Below, one piece after another: positions 1 to 9,020 of a stretch of 64,000 nt of DNA; positions within the stretch are counted from its first letter, which is position 1; each line of letters begins with the position of its first letter. The DNA is from Deltaproteobacteria bacterium GWC2_55_46. Its GTDB lineage: Bacteria; Desulfobacterota; GWC2-55-46. The position numbers were made by a program, and so were the translations under genes. The notes beneath the pieces were generated by a model that saw only the letters and a program-made list of their open reading frames with translations, was not told the DNA's origin and made no database searches. The stretch covers positions 51,924 to 115,923 of the forward strand of contig LVEI03000002.1 in assembly GCA_001595385.3 (NCBI GenBank). The letters run 5' to 3'.

Positions 1-593
1 ACGAGCTTTTTAAGGCGCTCTCTTTCGCCGGCATAGGCCCTGAAGACTGCCTCGAGGTGGGGATACCGGACCAGGAGGCCGGCTTCAACCTCGCCGGGCT
101 GGCGTTGAAGCTAAAGGAGATGATCGGCATGACCGAGCCCGAGTCGGTGATGGCGCACACGTACGAGGGCGGTCACCCGGACCATGATTCGGTCTCTTTC
201 GGCGTAGCCGCCGCTGTGGCGTTGCTTAAAAAGGAAGGGGCCGAGGCGCCGCCGATAATAGAGTACCCCTTGTATCACGCGGTTGAGGGGAGGCTCAGGG
301 TATTCGAGTTCCTGCCCAGGGAGGGTGTCGAGGATATAACGGTCATACTCACCGAAGAGGAGAAGCGGTTTAAAGAGAAGATGATGGACAGCTTCACCAC
401 GCAGGCCGGTGTCTTGAGGGTCTTTCCATTTGAATTTGAGAGGTTCAGGCCTGCCCCGCGCTACGACTTCGCGGCGCCACCGCATGAGGGCGGGCTTTAT
501 TATGAGCGGTTTAACTGGGGCATCGACGGAAGAGTTTGGCGCGAGCTTGCCTCAAAGGCGATAAAAGAGCTTGGGATAGAGGGGCTTTTATGA
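1..593 (+). CDS. PIG-L/LmbE-family deacetylase, 5' end off-window
   Basis: Frame is open from the window edge. HPDHD metal-binding motif (YEGGHPDHDSV). Stop 591-593 overlaps the next ATG (ATGA). Confidence 0.6.
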   Translation, partial: ELFKALSFAGIGPEDCLEVGIPDQEAGFNLAGLALKLKEMIGMTEPESVMAHTYEGGHPDHDSVSFGVAAAVALLKKEGAEAPPIIEYPLYHAVEGRLRVFEFLPREGVEDITVILTEEEKRFKEKMMDSFTTQAGVLRVFPFEFERFRPAPRYDFAAPPHEGGLYYERFNWGIDGRVWRELASKAIKELGIEGLL

Positions 594-1657
594 ATCCCAC
601 CGTCCTCGGGGTCTCGTTCCCGTTCGCCAGGGTAAGTCCGGATACGCCCGGGGGAGCCGAACAGGTCCTGTTGACGCTTGATAGCGAGCTTTCAGCCAGG
701 GGCTGGGGGTCGGTCGTAGTCGCCCCGGAAGGGTCCAGGGTGGAAGGCACTCTGGTGCCGACACCTTATGTATGGGGGCGTATTGACGCTCAGGTCCGCT
801 CCTACATGCATGAGCTTTACAGGAAGAGCATAGGATTTGCGGTCAAGCATTGGAAGATAGACCTTGTGCACATGCACGGGCTCGATTTTTTCGAATACAT
901 GCCGAGAGATGGCGTACCTGCGCTCGTAACGCTCCACCTGCCTGTATCCTGGTACCCTGAAGAAGCGCTCTTGACATCAAGGCCGCTCACTTTTTTTAAT
1001 TGCGTCTCAAGGAGCCAGGAGCGTACATGCCCTGAAGGGATCAATCTTGCCGGTGTAATAACGAACGGTGTCCCCGTGGAGAGGTTCTCGACAGGCATAA
1101 CACGGAGGAACTACGCCCTTGCCATGGGCAGGATCTGCCCGGAGAAGGGCTTCCACCATGCCATAGACGCGGCAAGGATGGCAAGAGTCCCTATCGTTAT
1201 AGCGGGTGCGGTATTCCGCTACGAGGAGCATGAGGAGTACTTCAGGAAGGAGATATCCCCGAGGGTCGACGGCAGGAGCTGCGTCTTCGCCGGGCTGGCT
1301 GGTTTTCCAAGGAAAAGGCGTCTGCTTGCCGGGGCCAGGTGCGTCCTTATCCCGTCGCTCGTGCCTGAGACGAGCTCGCTTGTGGCGATGGAGGCCCTTG
1401 CCTCCGGCACGCCTGTAGTGGCCTTCCGGCAAGGCGCCCTGACAGAGATAGTCGAGCATGGCAGGACCGGTTTCCTCGTAGACGGCGTAGGCGAGATGGC
1501 CGATGCTATCGCCTACGCCGACACCATATCGCGTGATGAATGCAGGGCAGCCGCTCATGGCTTTTCATCGGTTGAGATGGCGGATAAGTATATCGATCTC
1601 TATTCAAGGATCGCGGCATCGAAGCGGAGCGGAGGAAGCGGTGTCATTGAGCTTTAG
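590..1657 (+). CDS. Glycosyltransferase family 4 (GT-B, group 1)
   Basis: C-terminal motif PSLVPETSSLVAMEALASGTPVVA...EHGRTGFLV is typical of GT4. ATG 590 is coupled to the upstream stop. Confidence 0.8.
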   Translation: MNPTVLGVSFPFARVSPDTPGGAEQVLLTLDSELSARGWGSVVVAPEGSRVEGTLVPTPYVWGRIDAQVRSYMHELYRKSIGFAVKHWKIDLVHMHGLDFFEYMPRDGVPALVTLHLPVSWYPEEALLTSRPLTFFNCVSRSQERTCPEGINLAGVITNGVPVERFSTGITRRNYALAMGRICPEKGFHHAIDAARMARVPIVIAGAVFRYEEHEEYFRKEISPRVDGRSCVFAGLAGFPRKRRLLAGARCVLIPSLVPETSSLVAMEALASGTPVVAFRQGALTEIVEHGRTGFLVDGVGEMADAIAYADTISRDECRAAAHGFSSVEMADKYIDLYSRIAASKRSGGSGVIEL

Positions 1658-2645
1658 GTTTATTATCGATGAGATAACTACGCTTGAAGGCCTTGAAGGT
1701 ATCGCGCCCGCCTGGGAGGAGCTTTTCGAGGCATGCCCCATGGCAACCCCCTTCCAGTCCCCACGTTGGCTTATCCCCTGGTCGAGGCACCTTGATGACG
1801 GCAGCCCTTTCGCGCTCGCCTTGAGAGGCGGCGGCGCGCTCGCTGGCCTCGCCACGTTCACGTTGAAGGGCGAAGAGCTATTCTTCTCAGGCACAGGGGT
1901 CTCCGATTACCTCGACATATTATCTCTTCCAGGGCTTGAGGAGGAAGCGGCGATGGCGGTCGTTGAATACCTTTCACTATCGAAGGGCCGGTGGAGAAGA
2001 TGCGACCTGCGCGAGCTTAAGCCCTCGTCAGCCATGCTTTCACCGAAGGTCTTGAATTCAGCAGATGCGGAAAAAATCGCGGGAAAGCCCTGCCTGTCGA
2101 TCGATCTGCCATCGACCTTTGATGAGTTGATCGGAAAGCGCGGCTCAAAGGGAAGAAACGGCGCCAAGCGTACTAGAAAAAAGCTGGACAGGAGCGCTTC
2201 TATTTCAGTCGAGACAGCCTCCATGGGCGACCTTCCAGAGTTCCTCGAATCTTTTTTCACGCTTCACCTGAGGAGATGGAATTCGCTCGGCCGGAAGGGT
2301 GTTCTTGAGGGCGCTGAGATAAGGTCCTTTCACAACGAGGCGGCAGCCGGGTTTCTTCATAAGGGGCTTCTGCGGTTATACAGGATGAGGTACCAGGGGA
2401 GCGACATGGCAGCGTTGTACTCATTTTTGCATAGAGGACGGATGTACGCGTACCTAAGCGGCTTTGAGCCGGACCTTGCCGCCTTAAGCCCCGGCGCCCG
2501 CATGCTCGAATACGCGGTAGAGGACGCTATAAGGGCAGGGGCCAAAGAGGTCGATTTTTTAAGGGGCGCCGAAAGCTATAAGTACGTCTGGATGCCAAAG
2601 GAGAGCAGGAACTACATGTTGGTCATACAGGGGAAAGATCGATGA
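1641..2645 (+). CDS. GNAT-fold FemAB/CelD(BcsL)-like acyl/aminoacyl transferase
   Basis: C-terminus ...AKEVDFLRGAESYKYVWMP is typical of the Acetyltransf_6/CelD-like family. GTG 1641 is chosen just before the GT stop. The ORF is open from 1503, so the start is uncertain. Confidence 0.6.
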   Translation: MSLSFRFIIDEITTLEGLEGIAPAWEELFEACPMATPFQSPRWLIPWSRHLDDGSPFALALRGGGALAGLATFTLKGEELFFSGTGVSDYLDILSLPGLEEEAAMAVVEYLSLSKGRWRRCDLRELKPSSAMLSPKVLNSADAEKIAGKPCLSIDLPSTFDELIGKRGSKGRNGAKRTRKKLDRSASISVETASMGDLPEFLESFFTLHLRRWNSLGRKGVLEGAEIRSFHNEAAAGFLHKGLLRLYRMRYQGSDMAALYSFLHRGRMYAYLSGFEPDLAALSPGARMLEYAVEDAIRAGAKEVDFLRGAESYKYVWMPKESRNYMLVIQGKDR

Positions 2646-4378
2646 TCGTGTACAGGAAGTCTGAAGAGGAGATTGAGACACGCCATTTGGCGATGGAGAT
2701 ATTGCGGATGGCGGAAGGCGTAAAGGACGGTTGTACCCACGAGGCCGCAACAGAGCTTATGATCGAGTTGGGCAGGCTGGAATCGGGCATAGCCGACAGC
2801 CTCTTCCATGAAAGGGACGGCGTAAACGAGATAAGCGCGGCCATGAGGAAGGCTTCGACCGCCGCCGGGCACGTATTCAGGGCCTCCTGGGAGGGAAGGG
2901 GCGCTGAAGTATCGTCATGGTCTGACGTCTTGACGGCCCAACTCGTGAGTATACTCTCCATGCCTCTGCCCGGAAGGATCAAGACGAGGCTACCGGAGGG
3001 ATATGCCCATTACGGGCTCTTTCCTGAGGTCTATCTGCAAGCGGCGCGCGATTTCTTCGAGGACAGGAGGCCCGCTCAAGCAGTATGCATAGGCCTCCGG
3101 AGCATAGGGACAAGTCTCTCGTCTGTCGTGGCCGCCACCCTTGAGTCCCTTGGGTGTGACGTTATGTCATTTACATTAAGGCCCAGGGGCCATCCTTTCA
3201 GCAGAAAGGCGCTCCTTATGCCTGAGCTTGAGGAGGTTGTCACGGGTCTCAAGGGGAGCTTCTTTTTATTGGTGGACGAGGGGCCGGGGCTCAGTGGCAC
3301 GTCTTTCTCCTCGGTGGCCCAAAGGTTATCCCGGCTGGGTGTCCCTGACGGGAATATCATCATCTTCCCAAGCTGGGAACCGGACGGCAGCTCTTTCATC
3401 TCAGGGGAAGCAAGGCAGAGGTGGGGCAGGCACGCCAGGTATGTCTCATATTTCGAGGATATATGGGTCAGGAGCGGAAGGCTCCAGATGGAAACCGGCC
3501 TTGTTGGGCCGCTTAAGGACATATCGGCTGGCATGTGGAGGGGGTTTTTCTACAATGATGAGGATTGCCCGGCCGTACACCCGAGGCATGAGAGGAGAAA
3601 ATATATGGTAGGCGAGCCTGGGGAGGCTGGTTCCGTGATGCTCAAGTTCGCCGGCCACGGCAGGTTCGGCGCCTCGAAGGCAGCGAGGGCGGCGCGGCTC
3701 TCTCAAGCAGGTTTCACCATGCCGGTAAAGGGCTTTACAAACGGTTTCATATTAAGTGATTTCGTTCCGGGAAGGCCCGTTACCGCAAAGGATGTAAACC
3801 AGCTCCTGCTCGACCAGATGGCCGGCTATCTCGCCTTTGTGAAGCAGAACTTCCCGGCCCAGGGCAGGATGAGTTTTGATGAGTTCGTCCAGATGGCCGT
3901 TCGCAATATCACCCTCGGCCTCGGCGAGGACTGGGCAAAGCCGGCGGCTCGCCTTGAGGGGTTTAAAGGGGAATATGCCGGTCATGAGGCGGTGCAGATA
4001 GACGGCAGGATGTTCCCGTTCGAGTGGCTGCTTACAGGTAAAGGCTACAGGAAGACGGATTGCCTCGACCACCATCTCGACCAGTTCGTCCCCTCTTCCC
4101 AGGATATAGCATGGGACTTAAGTATGACAGCCGTCGAGTTCGAGATGAATCCGATGGAGCAGAGCTATTTCGTAGGCAGGTATTCCGCCGCAGCCGGCGA
4201 CCACGTAAGTCATGAGCGCCTGAGATTTTATACTATCGCCTATCTCGCGTTCAGGCTCGGCTACTCTACCTTCGCGTCGATCGAGCTTGCGGGGAGCGCT
4301 GACGGTCAGAGGTTTACGACCCTTCGGCACCGTTATGCCTCGGCGCTTAAAAGGGAGCTTCTATGGCTTGAGGACTAA
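2642..4378 (+). CDS. Hypothetical two-domain protein (PRTase-like N-half, protein-kinase/APH-like C-half)
   Basis: 578-aa ORF whose ATG overlaps the upstream stop (ATGA). FFLLVDEGPGLSGTSF resembles a PRPP-binding loop. The C-half has DCLDHHLD...DIAWDL, which is kinase-like. No confident family. Confidence 0.55.
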   Translation: MIVYRKSEEEIETRHLAMEILRMAEGVKDGCTHEAATELMIELGRLESGIADSLFHERDGVNEISAAMRKASTAAGHVFRASWEGRGAEVSSWSDVLTAQLVSILSMPLPGRIKTRLPEGYAHYGLFPEVYLQAARDFFEDRRPAQAVCIGLRSIGTSLSSVVAATLESLGCDVMSFTLRPRGHPFSRKALLMPELEEVVTGLKGSFFLLVDEGPGLSGTSFSSVAQRLSRLGVPDGNIIIFPSWEPDGSSFISGEARQRWGRHARYVSYFEDIWVRSGRLQMETGLVGPLKDISAGMWRGFFYNDEDCPAVHPRHERRKYMVGEPGEAGSVMLKFAGHGRFGASKAARAARLSQAGFTMPVKGFTNGFILSDFVPGRPVTAKDVNQLLLDQMAGYLAFVKQNFPAQGRMSFDEFVQMAVRNITLGLGEDWAKPAARLEGFKGEYAGHEAVQIDGRMFPFEWLLTGKGYRKTDCLDHHLDQFVPSSQDIAWDLSMTAVEFEMNPMEQSYFVGRYSAAAGDHVSHERLRFYTIAYLAFRLGYSTFASIELAGSADGQRFTTLRHRYASALKRELLWLED

Positions 4379-4987
4379 ATGATGAAGATAGACCTCCACA
4401 ACCATTCTTTCACTCATGAGAGCTCTTCTGAGCCTCAAGATACGATCGAGGCGGCGATAGGCGCTGGTCTCGACGGAATAGCCTTTACAGAGCACAACTC
4501 CTACTCTGCTTCGGACATGGCCGAGGAGCTTAAAGAGAGGTTCGAGGGGAGGATAAGGATATTCAGGGGCGCGGAATATGACGCGGCTGAAGGGCATGTG
4601 CTCATATTCGGGATAACCGACGATAGCTTCATGGGCCTCGGCATGTACGCTCCTGTCTCTGAGCTTATAAAATACGTCACGCCGAAAGGCGCCGCCGTCA
4701 TCGCGGCCCATCCTTTCAGGGGATGGGGCCTGTTCAAGGCCGACCTCGCCTCTGTCCACGGCTTGTGTGCCGTTGAGGCCTTCAACGGGCACAACACCCC
4801 TGAGGAGAATGAAAAGGCCATGGTCGTGGCCGCCTCGATCGGCATCCCCGCCACAGGCGGAAGCGACTCGCACGGCAAGGAGGACGTTGGAAGATGCTAT
4901 ACCGAGTTCCAGGACGAGGTCACATACGAGAACTTCGTCTCGTTGCTGAGGGGTGGGCGCTACAGGGGCGTGTGCGGCAGGCCTTGA
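4379..4987 (+). CDS. PHP-domain metal-dependent phosphoesterase
   Basis: IDLHNHS...GLDGIAFTEHNS...AAHPFR...GGSDSHG histidine motifs of the PHP family. Starts 1 nt after the upstream stop. Confidence 0.75.
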   Translation: MMKIDLHNHSFTHESSSEPQDTIEAAIGAGLDGIAFTEHNSYSASDMAEELKERFEGRIRIFRGAEYDAAEGHVLIFGITDDSFMGLGMYAPVSELIKYVTPKGAAVIAAHPFRGWGLFKADLASVHGLCAVEAFNGHNTPEENEKAMVVAASIGIPATGGSDSHGKEDVGRCYTEFQDEVTYENFVSLLRGGRYRGVCGRP

Positions 4988-5337
4988 ACGCTTTTTGCCT
5001 TCTCCTTCTCGCGCCGTCCCTGCTCTTTGTGCTGGCCGGTTGCGGTAGGGGCTGGGCAGGGATAGAGGTCAAGGGGATAGGGCTGACCCAGGACAACGAG
5101 GCCGCGGTCATACGGCTTTCTGAGACCAGGCCTGGCGGACTCGACGATGCGCTTTCCGGGAGCGAAAGGGTCTTTATCCTCCATGAGAAGTCCGGGATTT
5201 TTATAAGTTCTCCACTGATAAAAGACGCGCCAAAGGAGAGCATCACATTTCCCAATCATGGAAAAATATTCAAAAAAGGTGACAGCGTGCATGTCGTCAT
5301 CGGAGGATTTTCATCAGCCCCGGTGGTCCTTGAGTGA
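4984..5337 (+). CDS. Small lipoprotein (hypothetical)
   Basis: Lipobox LLFVLAGC after a hydrophobic N-terminus. TTG 4984 overlaps the PHP stop. The ORF track starts it at 4894, inside the PHP gene. Confidence 0.45.
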   Translation: MNAFCLLLLAPSLLFVLAGCGRGWAGIEVKGIGLTQDNEAAVIRLSETRPGGLDDALSGSERVFILHEKSGIFISSPLIKDAPKESITFPNHGKIFKKGDSVHVVIGGFSSAPVVLE

Positions 5338-5460
5338 TAGCTTGAATAATGAGGGCAAGGCCAGCCCAGGTATTTTTCGATCTGGGCAGGGTTGCCCGAT
5401 ATCGTCTTGTCAGATTTGAGGTAAGGGTTTCAAATGCTTCAATTTTTATGAAGAATACCC

Positions 5461-5489
5461 TTGACAGCCATTTGCAGAATAGATAAAAT
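5461..5489 (+). promoter_or_regulatory. Sigma70-like promoter candidate (TTGACA-N17-TAAAAT)
   Basis: Consensus -35 at 5461-5466 and a near-consensus -10 at 5484-5489, in the intergenic region upstream of tRNA-Val and thrS. Confidence 0.4.
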
Positions 5490-5647
5490 CCAATGCTGCC
5501 CAAAAGACCTGTATTCTTAATGATTCGCTACAGGCATCGTTTGGAGCCAGTTCTTAAAAAATGTTTTGAAATACCGGCGTTTTTATGTGAAAATTGTAAG
5601 ATTGAAAAGGGGCCTGACCCTGTTTTGCGGCTCCCGATTCGATATAT

Positions 5648-5722
5648 AGGCGCGTAGCTCAGGGGTAGAGCGCTACCTTGACACGGTAGAGGTCGGCGGT
5701 TCGAAACCGCCCGTGCCTACCA
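5648..5722 (+). tRNA. tRNA-Val (anticodon GAC)
   Basis: Cloverleaf folded by hand: acceptor AGGCGCG/CGTGCCT, anticodon arm CTACC-TTGACAC-GGTAG, T-arm GGCGG-TTCGAAA-CCGCC, encoded CCA. Confidence 0.9.
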
Positions 5723-5828
5723 TTGCTGTAATCAAGGTGTCATCGGTCAGGTTGGCTTAAGGGCTATTTCTGACGGATGACGCCTTTTATTGATTTCAAG
5801 TATGGCCGGTAAAAGGCCGAAGGACTTG

Positions 5829-7757
5829 ATGATAAAGGTAATCTTCCCAACAGGTGAGGAGAAGGAGTTCGGTCCGGGCACAAGCGTTCTTGAAGCGCTT
5901 AAGGTCCATGATAAGGGACTCCTCAAGAAGACCGTCGCCGCGAAGGTAGATGGCTCTTTGAGGGATTTAAAGTCGTCCCTTGGAAGCGCCGACGGCCAGG
6001 TGAAGGTCGAACCTGTCGTGCTCGACTCCCCTGAGGGGCTTGAGATACTGCGCCATTCGGCCTCCCACGTGCTTGCCGAGGCGGTAAAGTCCATCTATAA
6101 AGACGCGAAGGTCGCCATAGGGCCAGCTATTGAGGACGGCTTCTACTATGATTTTGACGTTGAGAAGCCATTTACCCCGGAAGACCTCGAAAAGATAGAA
6201 TCGAGGATGAGGGAGATAATAAAGGGAGACCACCCGTTCTCGAGGGAGACTATACGCAAGGAAGAGGCGCTGAAGCTCTTCCTGGATATGGGCGAGAGGT
6301 ACAAGGAAGAGATAATAGGCGAGCTGGACAGCCCTGAAGTGAGCGTCTACAGGCAGTCTCAGTTCGTTGACCTTTGCAGGGGGCCGCACCTGCCCTCTAC
6401 CGGGTGGATAAAGGCCTTCAAGCTTACCGCCGCCGCCGGCGCATACTGGAGAGGCGACGAGAAGCAGAAGATGCTCCAGAGGATCTACGGCACCGCCTTC
6501 GCCACCAGGGATGACCTCAAGGCCTATCTCGACAGGATCGAGGAGGCGAAGAGAAGGGACCACAGGAAGCTCGGGCGCGAGCTCGACCTTTTTACCACGA
6601 GCGAAAACATTGGCTCGGGGCTTGTCCTGTGGCATCCGAACGGCGCTACGGTAAGAATGGTAATAGAGGACTTCTGGAAGGGCGAGCACGTAAAGGGCGA
6701 CTACTCGATAATCTATACGCCCCACATAGCCATGGTAGACCTCTGGAAGACGAGCGGCCATTGGGACTTCTACAAGGAGAGCCTCTTCTCCCCGATGGAC
6801 GTCGAAGGGCAGGATTATATCGTAAAGCCCATGAACTGCCCGTTCCACATACAGGTATACAAGACCCAGCTCAGGAGCTACAGGGACCTTCCCATACGCT
6901 ATGCCGAGCTTGGGACGGTCTACCGCTATGAGCGCTCCGGCGCTCTCCACGGGCTTCTCCGTGTCCGGGGCTTCACTCAGGACGACGCCCATATATTCAT
7001 GACCCCGGACCAGCTTGAGGACGAGATAAAGGGTGTCCTCAAGTTTACGCTTTTCATATTAAATTCTTTTGGATTCAATGAATTTGATATATACTTAAGC
7101 ACCAGGCCGGAAAAATACGTAGGTACTCTCGACAACTGGGCAAAGGCCGAGGGCGCATTGAAGGGCGCTCTTGAGGCGCAAGGGATAAAATATTCCATCG
7201 ACCCGGGCGAGGGGGTGTTCTACGGCCCGAAGATAGACATAAAGATAAAGGACGTGCTGGGTAGAAGCTGGCAGTGCTCGACCATACAGGTCGATTTCAA
7301 TCTGCCGGAGAGGTTTGACATAACGTACAGGGACGAGTCGGGCGGCGAGAGCAGGCCCATAATGATACACAGGGCGCTCATGGGCTCTCTCGAGCGTTTC
7401 TTCGGCTGCCTGGTAGAGCACTACGCCGGCGCCTTCCCGGTCTGGCTCTCTCCTGTGCAGGCGACAGTCCTTACGGTGACCGAACGGAACGACGAGTTCG
7501 CCAGGGAAGTATACGCGAGGCTTAGGTCCGAGGGCATAAGGGCCGAGATAGACATACGCAATGAGAAGCTTGGCTTCAAGGTAAGGGAAGCGCAGCTTAA
7601 GAAGATACCGTATCAGCTCGTGATAGGCGATAAAGAGACCGAGGCGAGGCAGGTGGCCCCGCGTTTGAGGGGCGGGTCGAATCTGCCGTCCATGACGGTG
7701 GACGAGTTCCTAACAGTCATAAAGGCCGAGAACAGGCCTGGCGTCCATACTCTTTGA
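5829..7757 (+). CDS. thrS: Threonyl-tRNA synthetase
   Basis: N-terminal TGS domain (MIKVIFPTGEEKEF), class II motifs and RGFTQDDAHIF. ATG 5829 is preferred over 5790 by homology of the N-terminus. Confidence 0.95.
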   Translation: MIKVIFPTGEEKEFGPGTSVLEALKVHDKGLLKKTVAAKVDGSLRDLKSSLGSADGQVKVEPVVLDSPEGLEILRHSASHVLAEAVKSIYKDAKVAIGPAIEDGFYYDFDVEKPFTPEDLEKIESRMREIIKGDHPFSRETIRKEEALKLFLDMGERYKEEIIGELDSPEVSVYRQSQFVDLCRGPHLPSTGWIKAFKLTAAAGAYWRGDEKQKMLQRIYGTAFATRDDLKAYLDRIEEAKRRDHRKLGRELDLFTTSENIGSGLVLWHPNGATVRMVIEDFWKGEHVKGDYSIIYTPHIAMVDLWKTSGHWDFYKESLFSPMDVEGQDYIVKPMNCPFHIQVYKTQLRSYRDLPIRYAELGTVYRYERSGALHGLLRVRGFTQDDAHIFMTPDQLEDEIKGVLKFTLFILNSFGFNEFDIYLSTRPEKYVGTLDNWAKAEGALKGALEAQGIKYSIDPGEGVFYGPKIDIKIKDVLGRSWQCSTIQVDFNLPERFDITYRDESGGESRPIMIHRALMGSLERFFGCLVEHYAGAFPVWLSPVQATVLTVTERNDEFAREVYARLRSEGIRAEIDIRNEKLGFKVREAQLKKIPYQLVIGDKETEARQVAPRLRGGSNLPSMTVDEFLTVIKAENRPGVHTL

Positions 7758-7779
7758 GGCGTCAAACCGGAGGGGGTGA

Positions 7780-8376
7780 ATTTTTATAGCAAAGGATACG
7801 ACAAGGATCAACAAGATGATAAGGGTTCCGCAGGTCAGGGTCATCGACGCGGAAGGCAACCAGCTTGGAGTAATGGCGACAAGGGATGCGATTACGGCCG
7901 CCGAGGAAGTCGGGATGGACTTGGTCGAGGTGGCAGCGACGGCGAACCCGCCGGTCTGCAGGATCATGGACTACGGCAAGTTCAAATACCAGACGAGCAA
8001 GAAGACCAAGGAGGCCAAGAAAAAGCAGACCGTTATAAGCATCAAGGAAGTTAAGCTCCGTGGGAAGACCGGGGAGCATGATTTTCAGTTCAAGCTGCGT
8101 AACGTCAAGAGGTTCCTTGGTGACGGCGACAAGGTAAAGATCTCGATCATCTTCAAGGGGCGCGAGATAACCCATACCGAGCTTGGCATGGGGATGCTCA
8201 AGAGGGTCGCCGAGGAATTGAAGGACGTTGCCACTATCGAAGCGCCCCCGAAACTCGAGGGCCGCAATATGAGCATGTTGATAGCGCCGGCCCCTCAAAA
8301 GGCCGAGAAGACTACAAAGCAGGTAGATACGCCCCAGCAGAAAGATAACTCAGGGGCGCAGCCACAGGAGGAGTAG
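7780..8376 (+). CDS. infC: Translation initiation factor IF-3, probable AUU start
   Basis: RINKMIRVPQVRVID... is the IF-3 N-domain. The in-frame stop at 7777 is followed by ATT 7780, with GGAGGGGG 4-10 nt upstream. The first ATG (7816) would truncate the conserved N-terminus. Confidence 0.85.
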   Translation: MFIAKDTTRINKMIRVPQVRVIDAEGNQLGVMATRDAITAAEEVGMDLVEVAATANPPVCRIMDYGKFKYQTSKKTKEAKKKQTVISIKEVKLRGKTGEHDFQFKLRNVKRFLGDGDKVKISIIFKGREITHTELGMGMLKRVAEELKDVATIEAPPKLEGRNMSMLIAPAPQKAEKTTKQVDTPQQKDNSGAQPQEE

Positions 8377-8382
8377 AAAGCA

Positions 8383-8580
8383 ATGCCCAAGCTTAAGACC
8401 AATAGCGGTGCCGCGAAGAGGTTCAAGATAACCGGGTCCGGCAAGGTGAAGAGAAACAAGTCCGGTATGAGGCACCTCCTCACGAGCAAGGCCAAGAAGA
8501 CAAAGAGGGTGCTCCGCAAATCCGGCCTCATCTCCGCCACACACGAGGACTCTATCAAGAAGTTGCTGCCCTACGGCTAA
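8383..8580 (+). CDS. rpmI: 50S ribosomal protein L35
   Basis: MPKLKTNSGAAKRFKITGSGKVKR is the canonical L35 sequence. Confidence 0.95.
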   Translation: MPKLKTNSGAAKRFKITGSGKVKRNKSGMRHLLTSKAKKTKRVLRKSGLISATHEDSIKKLLPYG

Positions 8581-8660
8581 GGGTAGATATTAGCTTTTAC
8601 TTGTAAGTATCTGTAATTGTTGCTTTAAGCTTATCTGAAATCAATACGCAAGGAGCAGTT

Positions 8661-9020
8661 ATGCCGAGGGTTAAAAGAGGCGTTAACGCCAAGAAGAAGA
8701 AAAAGAAAGTACTAAAAGCCGCCAAGGGGTTCCGTGCCGGCAAAAGCAAGCTTTACCGCATAGCGACCGAGACCGTTGACAGGGCGCTCGTATACGCCTA
8801 CGCCCACAGAAGGACCAAGAAGAGGGAGATACGGAGCCTCTGGATCGCCAGGATAAACGCGGCAGCCAGGAATAACGACATCACCTACAGCCGCCTCATA
8901 AGCGGCCTTCTCAGGGCCAACGTCGCGATCGACAGGAAAAACCTCGCGGACATGGCAGTGCACGACGCGGCCGGGTTCGCCAAGGTCGTCGAAGTAGCGA
9001 AGACCAGCCTCGCTGCATGA
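8661..9020 (+). CDS. rplT: 50S ribosomal protein L20
   Basis: [26 protein letters not shown]... is the canonical L20 sequence. Confidence 0.95.
   Translation: MPRVKRGVNAKKKKKKVLKAAKGFRAGKSKLYRIATETVDRALVYAYAHRRTKKREIRSLWIARINAAARNNDITYSRLISGLLRANVAIDRKNLADMAVHDAAGFAKVVEVAKTSLAA

Noticed and set aside
5967-6992. 341-aa antisense ORF inside thrS. Similar long shadow ORFs lie inside pheT (10196-10918), the 25153 gene (25804-26703, 299 aa), cas8c/cas7c, KS genes (58911-59588) and the MMPL gene.
   Set aside because: The opposite strand encodes proteins with unmistakable family motifs and SDs. The shadow ORFs are Arg/Pro/Gly/Leu-rich, lack SDs and are typical of GC-rich antisense frames.
8581-8660. 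The rpmI-rplT intergenic region as an L20-binding translational operator.
   Set aside because: In E. coli the L20 operator lies upstream of rpmI and involves a long-range pseudoknot. I could not identify convincing pairing here by eye.
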